Below, piece by piece: positions 1 to 7,399 of a stretch of 13,396 bases of DNA. The stretch's first letter is position 1; the number at the start of each line of letters is the position of its first letter. The notes under the pieces are model-generated. The model was not told the DNA's origin. It was given only the letters and a program-made list of their open reading frames with translations, and ran no database searches. The stretch is from contig JAXMNT010000092.1 of NCBI GenBank assembly GCA_034670305.1, forward strand, positions 1 to 13,396. Reading direction: 5' to 3'. Position numbers and translations under genes: made by a program. This DNA is from Deltaproteobacteria bacterium (GTDB lineage Bacteria; Myxococcota_A; Polyangia; Polyangiales; Houyiibacteriaceae).

Positions 1-126
1 CTGTCTCTGTCTCTGTCTCTGTCTCTGTCTCTGTCTCTGTCTCTGTCTCTGTCTCTGTCTCTGTCTCTGTCTCTGTCTCTGTCTCTGTCTCTGTCTCTGT
101 CTCTGTCTCTGTCTCTGTCTCTGTCT
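1..126. repeat. Perfect hexanucleotide microsatellite (CTGTCT)x21, running off the left edge of the window
   Basis: 21 exact CTGTCT copies read directly from position 1 to 126. Confidence 0.97.
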
Positions 127-146
127 CCAAAAAAAGATCCAGCCAC

Positions 147-176
147 CTGTCGATCTCGCGGAGCCTGGTTCGACTC
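147..176 (+). promoter_or_regulatory. Putative ECF42-type promoter (-35 TGTCGA 148-153, 17-nt spacer, -10 CGAC 171-174) for the VOC gene
   Basis: CTGTCGATC-N12-GTTCGACTC, identical in both boxes and spacing to the motif at 3919-3948; matches the ECF42 consensus TGTCGA / CG(A/T)C; A7 tract upstream at 129-135. Confidence 0.75.
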
Positions 177-266
177 ATGGGGGAAGGCGACACGAGGTCG
201 CTGCAACGACGGCCCTCAGGCCAGCACCTGCGGTTCCCGCAGACCGCAACGAAAAGAGAAGAGACA

Positions 267-1013
267 ATGGGACATGATTTCGGACGATTCGTTTGGCACG
301 AGCTCATCAGCAAGGACACGGAAGCGGCCAAGGGGTTCTATGGCGAGCTGCTTGGCTGGACCTTCTCGGAGATGAAGATGCCGAACGGCACCTACACGAT
401 GATCCACCGCGGTGAGGCGCCGATCGGCGGGATCACGAAACCGCCGATGGACGGCGTGCCGCCGCACTGGGCCGGCTACGTGTCGGTCAAAGACGTGGAC
501 GCGACCGCCAAGGTCGTCGCGAAAAAGGGCGGCAAAGCGCTCATGGACGCGATGGACATTCCCGGCGTCGGTCGCATCCAGCCGGTCAAGGATCCCCAGG
601 GCGGCGCGCTCTTCCTGTTCACCGCCGCCGACGGCGACCGGGATCCGTCCACCGGCCATGCCGCGTGGCACTGGTCGGAGCTCTGGGCCTCCGATCCCGA
701 TGCCGCCGCGACGTTCTACGAAGAAGTGTTCGGCTACACCCGCGACACCATGAAGATGCCGCAGGGCAACTACCACGTCATGAAGAACGGCGAGAAGCCG
801 CGCGCTGGCGTGATGAAGGCGATGGGCGACGCGCCTCCGCACTGGGCCTACTACGTCCACGTCGACGACGTCGACGCCAGCCTCGCCCGCGCCAAGAAGC
901 TCGGCGGCGGGCTGATGGGCGACCCGATGGAAGTCCCCGGCGTCGGCCGCTTCGGCTTCGTGACCGACCGCGAAGGCAGCGCGCTCGGCCTCATCACGCC
1001 CGCAGACAAGTAA
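267..1013 (+). CDS. VOC (glyoxalase/bleomycin-resistance) family protein with two tandem VOC domains, Rv0577/CFP32-like
   Basis: Duplicated motifs: FVWHEL..D...[11 protein letters not shown]...[14 protein letters not shown]...DIPGVGR...DPQG and WHWSEL..D...[11 protein letters not shown]...[14 protein letters not shown]...EVPGVGRF...DREG. ATG 267 follows a purine-rich RBS (AAGAGAAGAG); the ORF-track start at 177 sits directly against the -10 box. Confidence 0.93.
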   Translation: MGHDFGRFVWHELISKDTEAAKGFYGELLGWTFSEMKMPNGTYTMIHRGEAPIGGITKPPMDGVPPHWAGYVSVKDVDATAKVVAKKGGKALMDAMDIPGVGRIQPVKDPQGGALFLFTAADGDRDPSTGHAAWHWSELWASDPDAAATFYEEVFGYTRDTMKMPQGNYHVMKNGEKPRAGVMKAMGDAPPHWAYYVHVDDVDASLARAKKLGGGLMGDPMEVPGVGRFGFVTDREGSALGLITPADK

Positions 1014-1037
1014 GCTGAGACCAATCAGCGCATGAAC

Positions 1038-1069
1038 CGTGGCGCGTTCCCAAGAGGGGGCGCGCCGCG
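1038..1069 (+). terminator. GC-rich hairpin downstream of the VOC gene (probable terminator or 3' stabiliser)
   Basis: Arms CGTGGCGCGTTCCC (1038-1051) and GGGGGCGCGCCGCG (1056-1069) form 14 bp with three G-U pairs on the + strand RNA; loop AAGA; followed by TCAGTTT, only a weak U tract. Confidence 0.55.
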
Positions 1070-1074
1070 TCAGT

Positions 1075-1284
1075 TTCGGCGTCGGCTTCGGCGTCGGCTT
1101 CGGCTTCGGCGTCGGCTTCGGCGTCGGCTTCGGCATCGGCGTCGGCTTCGGCATCGGCTTCGGCTTCGGCGTCGGCTTTCGGCTTCGGCGTCGGCTTCGG
1201 CTTTCGGCGTCGGCATCGGCTTTCGGCTTCGGCGTCGGCTTCGGCGTCGGCGTCGGCGTCGGCTTCGGCTTCGGCGTCGGCTTC
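1075..1284. repeat. Degenerate hexamer tandem repeat (DTCGGC)n, about 34 units, between the convergent VOC and wcaJ genes
   Basis: Units TTCGGC, GTCGGC and ATCGGC read directly; three single-T insertions shift the phase. Confidence 0.95.
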
Positions 1285-1319
1285 AATGTCGGGCGCTCTC
1301 CCGCGCGCGCGTCCGCGAC

Positions 1320-2723
1320 TCAGTACGCGTTCTTGCGAACCTTCGACCCGAACACCGTCAGGAAGATGATCTTGATGTCCCAGAGGAGCGACCAGTTTCG
1401 GATGTAGTAGAGATCGTGTTCGATCCGCTTCTCCATCTTCTCGAGCGTGTCGGTCTCTCCCCGCCAGCCATTGACCTGGGCCCAGCCGGTGATGCCGGGT
1501 TTGACCTTGTGGCGGAGCATGTAGCCCTGGATCTTGGAGCGGTACGCTTCGTTGTGGGTGACCGCGTGGGGGCGCGGGCCGACGATGCTCATGCTGCCGG
1601 TGATCACGTGCAGGAACTGGGGCAGCTCGTCGAGCGACGTGCGGCGGAGGAACGCGCCGAACTTCGTGATCCGCTGGTCGTTCTTCGTCGCCTGTTTCAC
1701 TTCGCCCCCGTCTTCCATGACGGTCATCGAGCGGAACTTCAGGACGTGAATGACCTCGCCGTTGAGCCCGTAGCGCCGCTGGCGAAAGAACACCGGACCA
1801 GGCGACGTGAGCTTAACGCCGATGGCGACGATGGTCATCGGGATCAGGATCAGCAGTAGAATCATGGTGCCGACGACGATGTCTTCGGCCCGCTTGAGCC
1901 AACCACTGACGCCATAGAACGGCGTCTCGTGAATGCTGACCACCGGGACGTCGCCGAGCGTGCCCCAGTTCGCGTGCAAGAGATCGAACGCGTAGAAGTC
2001 GGCCGCCATGTAGACGTCGGCGGTGGTGTCGGCGAGCTTGCGGACGAGCTCGTTGATGCGGGGCTCGGCGCGAAGCGGGAGCGCGATGTAGACGAGGTCG
2101 ACCTCGCCGTTCTTGGCCGCTTCGACCAGGTCGTCGAGATGGCCCTCGCGTTTGCCGAGCTCCGGCGGGATGGGGTGGCACCGCTCTTCGAAGCGGTCGT
2201 CGTAGTAGCCGAGGATCCGCAGCCCGAGGAAGGGCTGCTGCACGATGGTGCTGGCCACCCGTTCGCCGAGCTCCGTCAGACCGGCGATCGCGACCGCGCG
2301 GGTGTTGCGTCCTTGGCTGCGGGCCCGTCGAAGCACGAGGCGCAGCGCCGTGCGCCAGATCGCGATGCCGACCGGGGTGCCGATCCCCCAGAACAAGGAG
2401 ATCGCGCGGGAGTAGTCGGCCGAACGTTTCGAGACGAACGCGAGCAGCAGCAGCACCGCCGTCACCACGCCCCAGCTGAGGAACGCGCGGAAGACCTCGC
2501 GGCCGATCGTCTCCCCGCGCCACGCGCGGTAGAGGCCCATGCTCTGGGTCACGAAGTGGAAGAGGACGACGGCGACGATCGTCGCGGTCGTGTGCATCTC
2601 GCGCCAGTGCTCGCCGTTGAAGACGACCGCGCCGATGTGGACGCCGACGATGATGCCCGCGTCGATCCCCCGCATGGCGAGGTTCAGCACCGGGGAGTGT
2701 GGCTTGACCAGCCCGCCGCTCAT
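1320..2723 (-). CDS. wcaJ: Undecaprenyl-phosphate glucose phosphotransferase (WcaJ/EpsZ-type priming phosphoglycosyltransferase)
   Basis: Four N-terminal TM segments, central Rossmann-like region (VAIAG...LGYYDDR...VDLVYIALP), C-terminal bacterial sugar-transferase domain: KRAEDI...[13 protein letters not shown]...KFRSM...[22 protein letters not shown]...[11 protein letters not shown]...[16 protein letters not shown]...[16 protein letters not shown]. Confidence 0.95.
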   Translation of the reverse strand: MSGGLVKPHSPVLNLAMRGIDAGIIVGVHIGAVVFNGEHWREMHTTATIVAVVLFHFVTQSMGLYRAWRGETIGREVFRAFLSWGVVTAVLLLLAFVSKRSADYSRAISLFWGIGTPVGIAIWRTALRLVLRRARSQGRNTRAVAIAGLTELGERVASTIVQQPFLGLRILGYYDDRFEERCHPIPPELGKREGHLDDLVEAAKNGEVDLVYIALPLRAEPRINELVRKLADTTADVYMAADFYAFDLLHANWGTLGDVPVVSIHETPFYGVSGWLKRAEDIVVGTMILLLILIPMTIVAIGVKLTSPGPVFFRQRRYGLNGEVIHVLKFRSMTVMEDGGEVKQATKNDQRITKFGAFLRRTSLDELPQFLHVITGSMSIVGPRPHAVTHNEAYRSKIQGYMLRHKVKPGITGWAQVNGWRGETDTLEKMEKRIEHDLYYIRNWSLLWDIKIIFLTVFGSKVRKNAY

Positions 2724-2809
2724 CGGAACCCTCGAAGGCGGGTCTTGGCGCTCGCTTCAGGGCTGCTCATCCGGACGTGCGAGGTTTGCCGCAGGATGCG
2801 ATCGGACGC

Positions 2810-2877
2810 AACGGTTGTCTTCAGGGACACCCCAAGAAACGGTTGGAATCGAGCGATTGCAAGACAGCGATTGCAAG
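2810..2877. promoter_or_regulatory. Direct-repeat array in the divergent wcaJ/wza intergenic region (candidate transcription-factor operators)
   Basis: AGCGATTGCAAG at 2852-2863 and 2866-2877; AACGGTTG at 2810-2817 and 2838-2845; all fit ARCGRTTG on a 14-bp grid. Confidence 0.45.
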
Positions 2878-2890
2878 GGTACGAAGGCCC

Positions 2891-3871
2891 ATGCGGCTCT
2901 CGCTCCTCCTTCTCCTTGTGGTCGGCTGTGTCCGTTTGGACGACGCGCCCACCTTTCCTCAGGACGACCCCGAGTTCAGCGCGCCGCAACTCGCCGAGCC
3001 GACGGGGCTGGATGAAGATCCTCCGCGGGCGCTCACGCTCCTACCCGGCGATGAGGTGACGATCCAGGCGTTCAGCGCGGAGGTCACCCAGTACGAGGGC
3101 ATCCTCGTCGACGAGACCGGTCGCATCCATGTGCCCCTGGCCGGGGACGTCGACGTGGGTGGATTGACGTTGGCCGACGCCGAGGAGCGCGTACAAGAGG
3201 CGATGCGTCGCCTCGATCGCGTGGTTCGCGTGGGCCTGCGCATCTCGGTGCACGGCGGGCATCAGGCCTCCGTCATCGGCGCGGTCGGCGACCCGGGCCG
3301 GGTGCCCGCGACGCCGGGGATGCGCGTCGCGGATCTCCTCGCGGCTGCCGGTGGCCCCGCATCGCCGACGGAGGCGGGCACCAACCCGGTGGCCGATCTC
3401 TACGGCGCGCGGCTCATTCGCGCAGGCGAGGCGGTGCCGGTGAGCATCCCGAAGGCCCTTGAGGGGGACCCCCGCCACAACGTGCGGATTCAGCCCGGCG
3501 ATCACCTCTACGTACCCTCGGGACGCGGCAACACGATCACGGTGCTCGGCTCGGTGGGGGCCGCGGGCGTGTTCGCCTACCGACATGGCATTCGTCTGAC
3601 CGAGGTGCTGGCGCGTGCCGGTGGACTCGACGAACACGGCGACCGCACCGATGTGCACGTGGTGCGCGGTTCGCTGCGGGAGCCACAGGCGTACCGCGCG
3701 TCGCTGCGAGAGATCGTCAACGGCGGCCGCTCGGATGTGGTGCTGGCTGCGGGCGACGTCGTGTACGTGACCCAGGAGTGGACCTCCCACGTCGGCGAAG
3801 TCTTGAGCCGCCTGTCGATTCTCTTGGCCGATCCCGCCACGATCGCGCTCGCCATCGCTCTGACGCGCTGA
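2891..3871 (+). CDS. wza: Polysaccharide export lipoprotein (OPX/Wza family; Poly_export plus SLBB domains)
   Basis: From ATG 2891 a lipoprotein signal MRLSLLLLLVVG|C; PES motif LLPGDEVTI...VDETGRIHVPLAGDVDVGGLTL; SLBB-like repeats VIGAVGDPG...DLLAAAGG...IQPGDHLYVP and VLGSVGAAG...EVLARAGG...LAAGDVVYV; hydrophobic/amphipathic C-terminal helix. Confidence 0.88.
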   Translation: MRLSLLLLLVVGCVRLDDAPTFPQDDPEFSAPQLAEPTGLDEDPPRALTLLPGDEVTIQAFSAEVTQYEGILVDETGRIHVPLAGDVDVGGLTLADAEERVQEAMRRLDRVVRVGLRISVHGGHQASVIGAVGDPGRVPATPGMRVADLLAAAGGPASPTEAGTNPVADLYGARLIRAGEAVPVSIPKALEGDPRHNVRIQPGDHLYVPSGRGNTITVLGSVGAAGVFAYRHGIRLTEVLARAGGLDEHGDRTDVHVVRGSLREPQAYRASLREIVNGGRSDVVLAAGDVVYVTQEWTSHVGEVLSRLSILLADPATIALAIALTR

Positions 3872-3918
3872 TTCTGAGCCGTGAGCGCCTCAGCGCGGCG
3901 GACTTTTTTTCGAATCCG

Positions 3919-3948
3919 CTGTCGATCGACGCACGGTTCGTTCGACTC
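3919..3948 (+). promoter_or_regulatory. Putative ECF42 autoregulated promoter (-35 TGTCGA 3920-3925, 17-nt spacer, -10 CGAC 3943-3946)
   Basis: CTGTCGATC-N12-GTTCGACTC upstream of the DGPF-ECF42 operon; T7 tract at 3904-3910; matches the ECF42 consensus. Confidence 0.8.
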
Positions 3949-4003
3949 TCCTTCAGACCGCGGACACTTCCACCTCGTCCGCGCAACCAGGGGAGTTCAG
4001 CAC

Positions 4004-4360
4004 ATGCAGTACTTGTTGATGATCTACGAAGCGGAGTCCTTGAAAGAGGCCCGCACCGATGCGGACAACGGCGCCATCTACGGCGGCTACATGAAGTTCA
4101 CCGAAGAGCTCAAAGGCAGCGGCAAGATGCTGGCGGGCGACGCACTCGTCGGAACCAGCTCCGCCACGACGGTGCGGGTGCGCGACGGCAAGACCGTCCT
4201 GACCGACGGCCCGTTCGCCGAGACCAAGGAGCAACTCGGCGGGTACTACCTGATCGAAGCCGCGGACCTCGACGAAGCCACGGCCATCGCCGCGAAGATC
4301 CCGACCGCCGCGACGGGGTCGATCGAAGTCCGGCCGATCATGGTCTGGGACGACAAGTAG
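4004..4360 (+). CDS. YciI family / DGPF-domain protein
   Basis: MQYLLMIY start, hallmark ATTVRVRDGKTVLTDGPFAETKEQLGGYYLIEA...GSIEVRPI; RBS AGGGGAG at 3989-3995 before ATG 4004. Confidence 0.95.
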   Translation: MQYLLMIYEAESLKEARTDADNGAIYGGYMKFTEELKGSGKMLAGDALVGTSSATTVRVRDGKTVLTDGPFAETKEQLGGYYLIEAADLDEATAIAAKIPTAATGSIEVRPIMVWDDK

Positions 4361-4403
4361 CCTGAACCTCGCTGCACGTCGCACCCACGCGGTAGGGTGG
4401 GGC

Positions 4404-5669
4404 GTGCATCCGAGTTCCGACCGCACCGACGAGGTCGCCCGGGAGATCCAGCGCGTGGTGCGGGAGCACCACGGCTGGGTCATCGCGCGCCTGGTGCGGG
4501 CCGTCCGCGATTTGGATCTGGCCGAAGACGCACTCCAAGAAGCCCTCGAGGCCGCGTTGACCCAGTGGCCCGTTCAGGGGGTGCCGGACTCTCCGCGTGC
4601 GTGGCTCGTCCGGTCGGCCAGGAACAAGGCGATCGACGTGCTCCGGCGCCGGACGATGCGTCGAGGCAAGCAGGAAGAGATCGAGTGGCTCGAGACGCTG
4701 CGGCTCGAACAAACCCAAGCCCCCGTTCCCGAGGACGCCCTCTCCGACGACATGCTCCGACTGATCTTCATCTGCTGTCACCCCGCGCTCGCCATGGAGG
4801 CGCGGCTGGCGTTGACGCTCCGCACGATCGCGGGACTGACGACGGATGAGATCGCGCGCGCGTTTCTCGTGCCCGTGCCGACGATGGCGCAGCGGCTCGT
4901 GCGTGCGACGAAGAAGATCCGAGACGCGGGGGTGCCGTATCGGGTGCCACGGCAAGACGAACTCGACGAGCGGCTCAGCGGCGTGCTCGCGGTGATCTAC
5001 TTGGTGTTCAACGAGGGATACACCGCCACGTCCGGCGACACCCACGTGCGTCGCGCGCTCTGTTCGGTGGCGATCGACCTCGGCCGACAAGTGGCGCAAC
5101 TCTTTCCAGCCGAGCCGGAAGCGCTTGGGCTGCTCGCGTTGATGCTGCTGCAGGACTCCCGCCGCGAAGCGCGGATTGCCGAGGACGGCGCCCTCGTCTT
5201 GCTCGAGGCCCAAGACCGGACCCTGTGGGATCAGACCGCCATCGAGGAAGGGATCGCGCTGACCAAAGCCGCCCTCGAACAGTCCCGGCCGTCGCCTGGT
5301 CCCTACAGCCTTCAAGCCGCCATCGCGGCGGTGCACGCGGAAGCGCGGTCTCCGGAGGAGACGGACTGGCCGCAGATCGCCGGGCTCTACGGAGTGCTCT
5401 ACGAGCGCGCGCCCACCGCCGTCGTGGCCCTCAACCGCGCGGTCGCGATCGCATTCGCGTTCGGGTTCGAGCGGGGGCTGGAGGCGATGGACGCGCTCGC
5501 CGAACCACTCGCGCACTACCACCTGTTTCATTCGGCCCGGGCAGATCTACTTCGGCGCTGCACCCGCTACGCAGAGGCGGCCGCGGCATACGAGCGGGCG
5601 CTCGAGCTGTGCGAGAACGAAACGGAGCGCGCGTTCTTGCGCGACCGACTGCGGGGCGTGAGCAGCTAA
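4404..5669 (+). CDS. ECF42-group RNA polymerase sigma factor with C-terminal DUF6596/TPR extension
   Basis: Region 2 DLDLAEDALQEA...WP..GVPDSPRAWL..ARNKAIDVLRR; DDMLRLIFICCHPAL; region 4 LTLRTIAGLTTDEIARAFLV....MAQRLVRA; VIYLVFNEGY, GPYSLQAAIAAVH, TDWPQIAGLY, VVALNRAVA; directly downstream of a DGPF gene, the defining ECF42 context. Confidence 0.93.
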   Translation: MHPSSDRTDEVAREIQRVVREHHGWVIARLVRAVRDLDLAEDALQEALEAALTQWPVQGVPDSPRAWLVRSARNKAIDVLRRRTMRRGKQEEIEWLETLRLEQTQAPVPEDALSDDMLRLIFICCHPALAMEARLALTLRTIAGLTTDEIARAFLVPVPTMAQRLVRATKKIRDAGVPYRVPRQDELDERLSGVLAVIYLVFNEGYTATSGDTHVRRALCSVAIDLGRQVAQLFPAEPEALGLLALMLLQDSRREARIAEDGALVLLEAQDRTLWDQTAIEEGIALTKAALEQSRPSPGPYSLQAAIAAVHAEARSPEETDWPQIAGLYGVLYERAPTAVVALNRAVAIAFAFGFERGLEAMDALAEPLAHYHLFHSARADLLRRCTRYAEAAAAYERALELCENETERAFLRDRLRGVSS

Positions 5670-5777
5670 GAAGCGGAAGCGGTAGCGGACGCGGAAGCGG
5701 AAGCGGAAGCGGAGGCGGAAGCGGAAGCGGAAGCCGACGCCGACGCCGACGCCGACGCCGAATCCGAAGCCGATGCG
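5670..5777. repeat. Degenerate hexamer tract, about 18 units (GAAGCG switching to GACGCC/GAAGCC), starting immediately after the sigma-factor stop codon
   Basis: Read directly; consensus GAHGCS, essentially the reverse complement of the 1075-1284 tract. Confidence 0.92.
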
Positions 5778-5808
5778 CCCGAGCGGTGATCCGTGGTTCC
5801 ATACCTGG

Positions 5809-7317
5809 ATGCAGGCGGGGCGGGTCTTGGATCGGTACGAGGTGTGGGGGCGGCTGTCGGCGGGCGGGATGAGCGAGGTGTACCTCGCGCGGCATCAGCG
5901 GCTCGCGATCCCGGTGGTGGTGAAGTCGCTGTTGCCCGATCTCGCCAACCACGCCGCCCTCTCCGAAGGGCTCTTGCGATCGGCGCGGTTGATGGCGCGG
6001 GTCACCGCGCCGCAGATCGTCCGCATCCTGGACGTCGGTGAGTTCGAGGACGAAGGCGCGGCCGGGGGCACCGCGCGCAACGCGGTCTTCCTCGTGGAGG
6101 AGTACATCGACGGGGTCGACCTGTCCGAACTCGGCATGTCGCGGCGGGTCTCCCTGAAACGTTCGTTGCCGCTGTGGGCGGTGGCGGGGTGGACGGCGGA
6201 AGCGGCCACGGGACTGCACGCGGCACACCAAGCAGGGGTGCTGCATCGGGACGTGAAACCGGCGAACCTCTTTCTCACCGCGGACGGCATGGTGAAGGTC
6301 GGTGACTTCGGCGTGGCGGTGGAAGCCAAACAGGCCGCGAGTTCCGTCGCCGCAGGGACACTCCGGTTCATCGCGCCCGAGATGATCCTCGGGCAACCCG
6401 CGGACCGCCGAGCCGATCTCTTCTCGCTCGGCGCCACCGCCTTCGCGATGCGGTACGGCATCTCACCATTCGCAGACACGCAGTCCCTCTGTGATCCCGC
6501 GATCGGCCCCCGGTTCCCGCCGGCCTCCACGCCTTACGAAGCGTTCTTCCAACACGTGCTCGGGGGCCTCTTGGCCAACCGGCCAGACGCCCGCCCGCGC
6601 ACGGCGGCCAGCGTCTCGGGCGTGCTCGCCAAACTCAGCCGGCCCATCGTGCCGCGGCTGCCGATCCTCGCCGAGCCCAACGGCGACCTGCGGGTCGACG
6701 GATGCTGGATCCGCTTCGAACTCGGGGACATCGCGGAGGCGGAAGCCGACGTCATCGTCAACAGCGCCTACTCGTCCATGACGATGGGCGACGGGGTGGG
6801 TGCCGCGCTCAAGCGCGCGGGTGGCGCCGTCGTGGAAGAAGAGGCGCTGGCCGCTGGCGAACAGGCCCTCGGTGCATGCGTCTCGACCACGGCCGGCGCA
6901 CTCAAGGCGAAACACGTCTTCCACGCGGTGTCGGCCTGGAACCAAGTCTCGTGCGTCGCGCGTGCGACCCACCGCGCGCTCGTGCTCGCGGAGGCCGGCG
7001 GACACCGGCGCATCGCGATGCCCGCGATCGGCACGGGTCAGGGCCGGGTCGCGAACGAAGCCTGCGCCCAAGCGATCGCCGGCGTCCTGAAGCTGCACCT
7101 CCTGCTCGGAGGTTCCGGCCTCGAGTCGCTCCACCTGGTGCTCTACGACGAGGAAGCCCTGAGCGCGTTCCGGGAGGTCTTCGCGGGGGTCTTCGCTCCC
7201 GACCAGGCGCGGGAGAGTTCGATGATCCACGACGCCCTTCCGGCCTCCTCCGAGGACTTCCACGCCCCGACCCTGCACGCGTTGAGCACCGACAAAACCG
7301 GCCCACTGGTCGGCTAG
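5809..7317 (+). CDS. Hanks-type Ser/Thr protein kinase fused to a C-terminal macrodomain (ADP-ribose-binding fold)
   Basis: Kinase motifs SAGGMSEVY, VVVK, HRDVKPANL, VKVGDFG, GTLRFIAPE, DLFSLG; macro motifs GDIAEAEADVIVNSAY...GDGVGAALKRAGG, TTAGALKAKHVFHAV, IAMPAIGTG. No TM segment seen. Start 5809 preferred because the ORF-track start at 5773 lies in the repeat tract. Confidence 0.88.
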   Translation: MQAGRVLDRYEVWGRLSAGGMSEVYLARHQRLAIPVVVKSLLPDLANHAALSEGLLRSARLMARVTAPQIVRILDVGEFEDEGAAGGTARNAVFLVEEYIDGVDLSELGMSRRVSLKRSLPLWAVAGWTAEAATGLHAAHQAGVLHRDVKPANLFLTADGMVKVGDFGVAVEAKQAASSVAAGTLRFIAPEMILGQPADRRADLFSLGATAFAMRYGISPFADTQSLCDPAIGPRFPPASTPYEAFFQHVLGGLLANRPDARPRTAASVSGVLAKLSRPIVPRLPILAEPNGDLRVDGCWIRFELGDIAEAEADVIVNSAYSSMTMGDGVGAALKRAGGAVVEEEALAAGEQALGACVSTTAGALKAKHVFHAVSAWNQVSCVARATHRALVLAEAGGHRRIAMPAIGTGQGRVANEACAQAIAGVLKLHLLLGGSGLESLHLVLYDEEALSAFREVFAGVFAPDQARESSMIHDALPASSEDFHAPTLHALSTDKTGPLVG

Positions 7318-7399
7318 GCCACGCCATCCGAGCGCCTTTCGGGTCCATCGCCGAAGTCAGGCGGCGCTTTGGGGCGAGTTGCCGTATAAGTCGGCGCTT

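Noticed and set aside
167-176. GGTTCGACTC resembles a tRNA T-loop (also GTTCGACTC at 3940-3948)
   Set aside because: No cloverleaf, acceptor stem or CCA end; better explained as the -10 region of an ECF42-type promoter.
177-266. ORF-track N-terminal extensions (177, 2777, 3881, 5773, 7379, 12379)
   Set aside because: They overlap promoter motifs, repeats or upstream genes; downstream starts fit RBS, signal peptide or domain boundaries better.
1075-1284. Possible CRISPR array
   Set aside because: Contiguous 6-bp units with no unique spacers, and no cas genes in the window.
216-1286. Minus-strand ORF with a PKPTPKP-rich N-terminus (and + strand GFGVG- or Arg-rich ORFs at 1039-1407 and 1032-1859)
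   Set aside because: Translations of the hexamer tract running into the antisense of real genes; single-base insertions switch the repeat phase, arguing against coding selection.
2843-2860. Possible sigma-54 promoter TTGGAA...TTGC
   Set aside because: GG and GC are separated by 12 nt rather than the required 10.
5225-6396. ORFs 5225-5872 (+) and 5431-6396 (-) with GSGSG, poly-Arg or LPLP tracts
   Set aside because: Alternative-frame readings of the 5670-5777 repeat overlapping the sigma and kinase genes.
7331-7368. Bulged inverted repeat between the kinase and NRPS genes
   Set aside because: Two 6-bp stems separated by a 6-nt bulge in GC-rich DNA; too weak to call a terminator.
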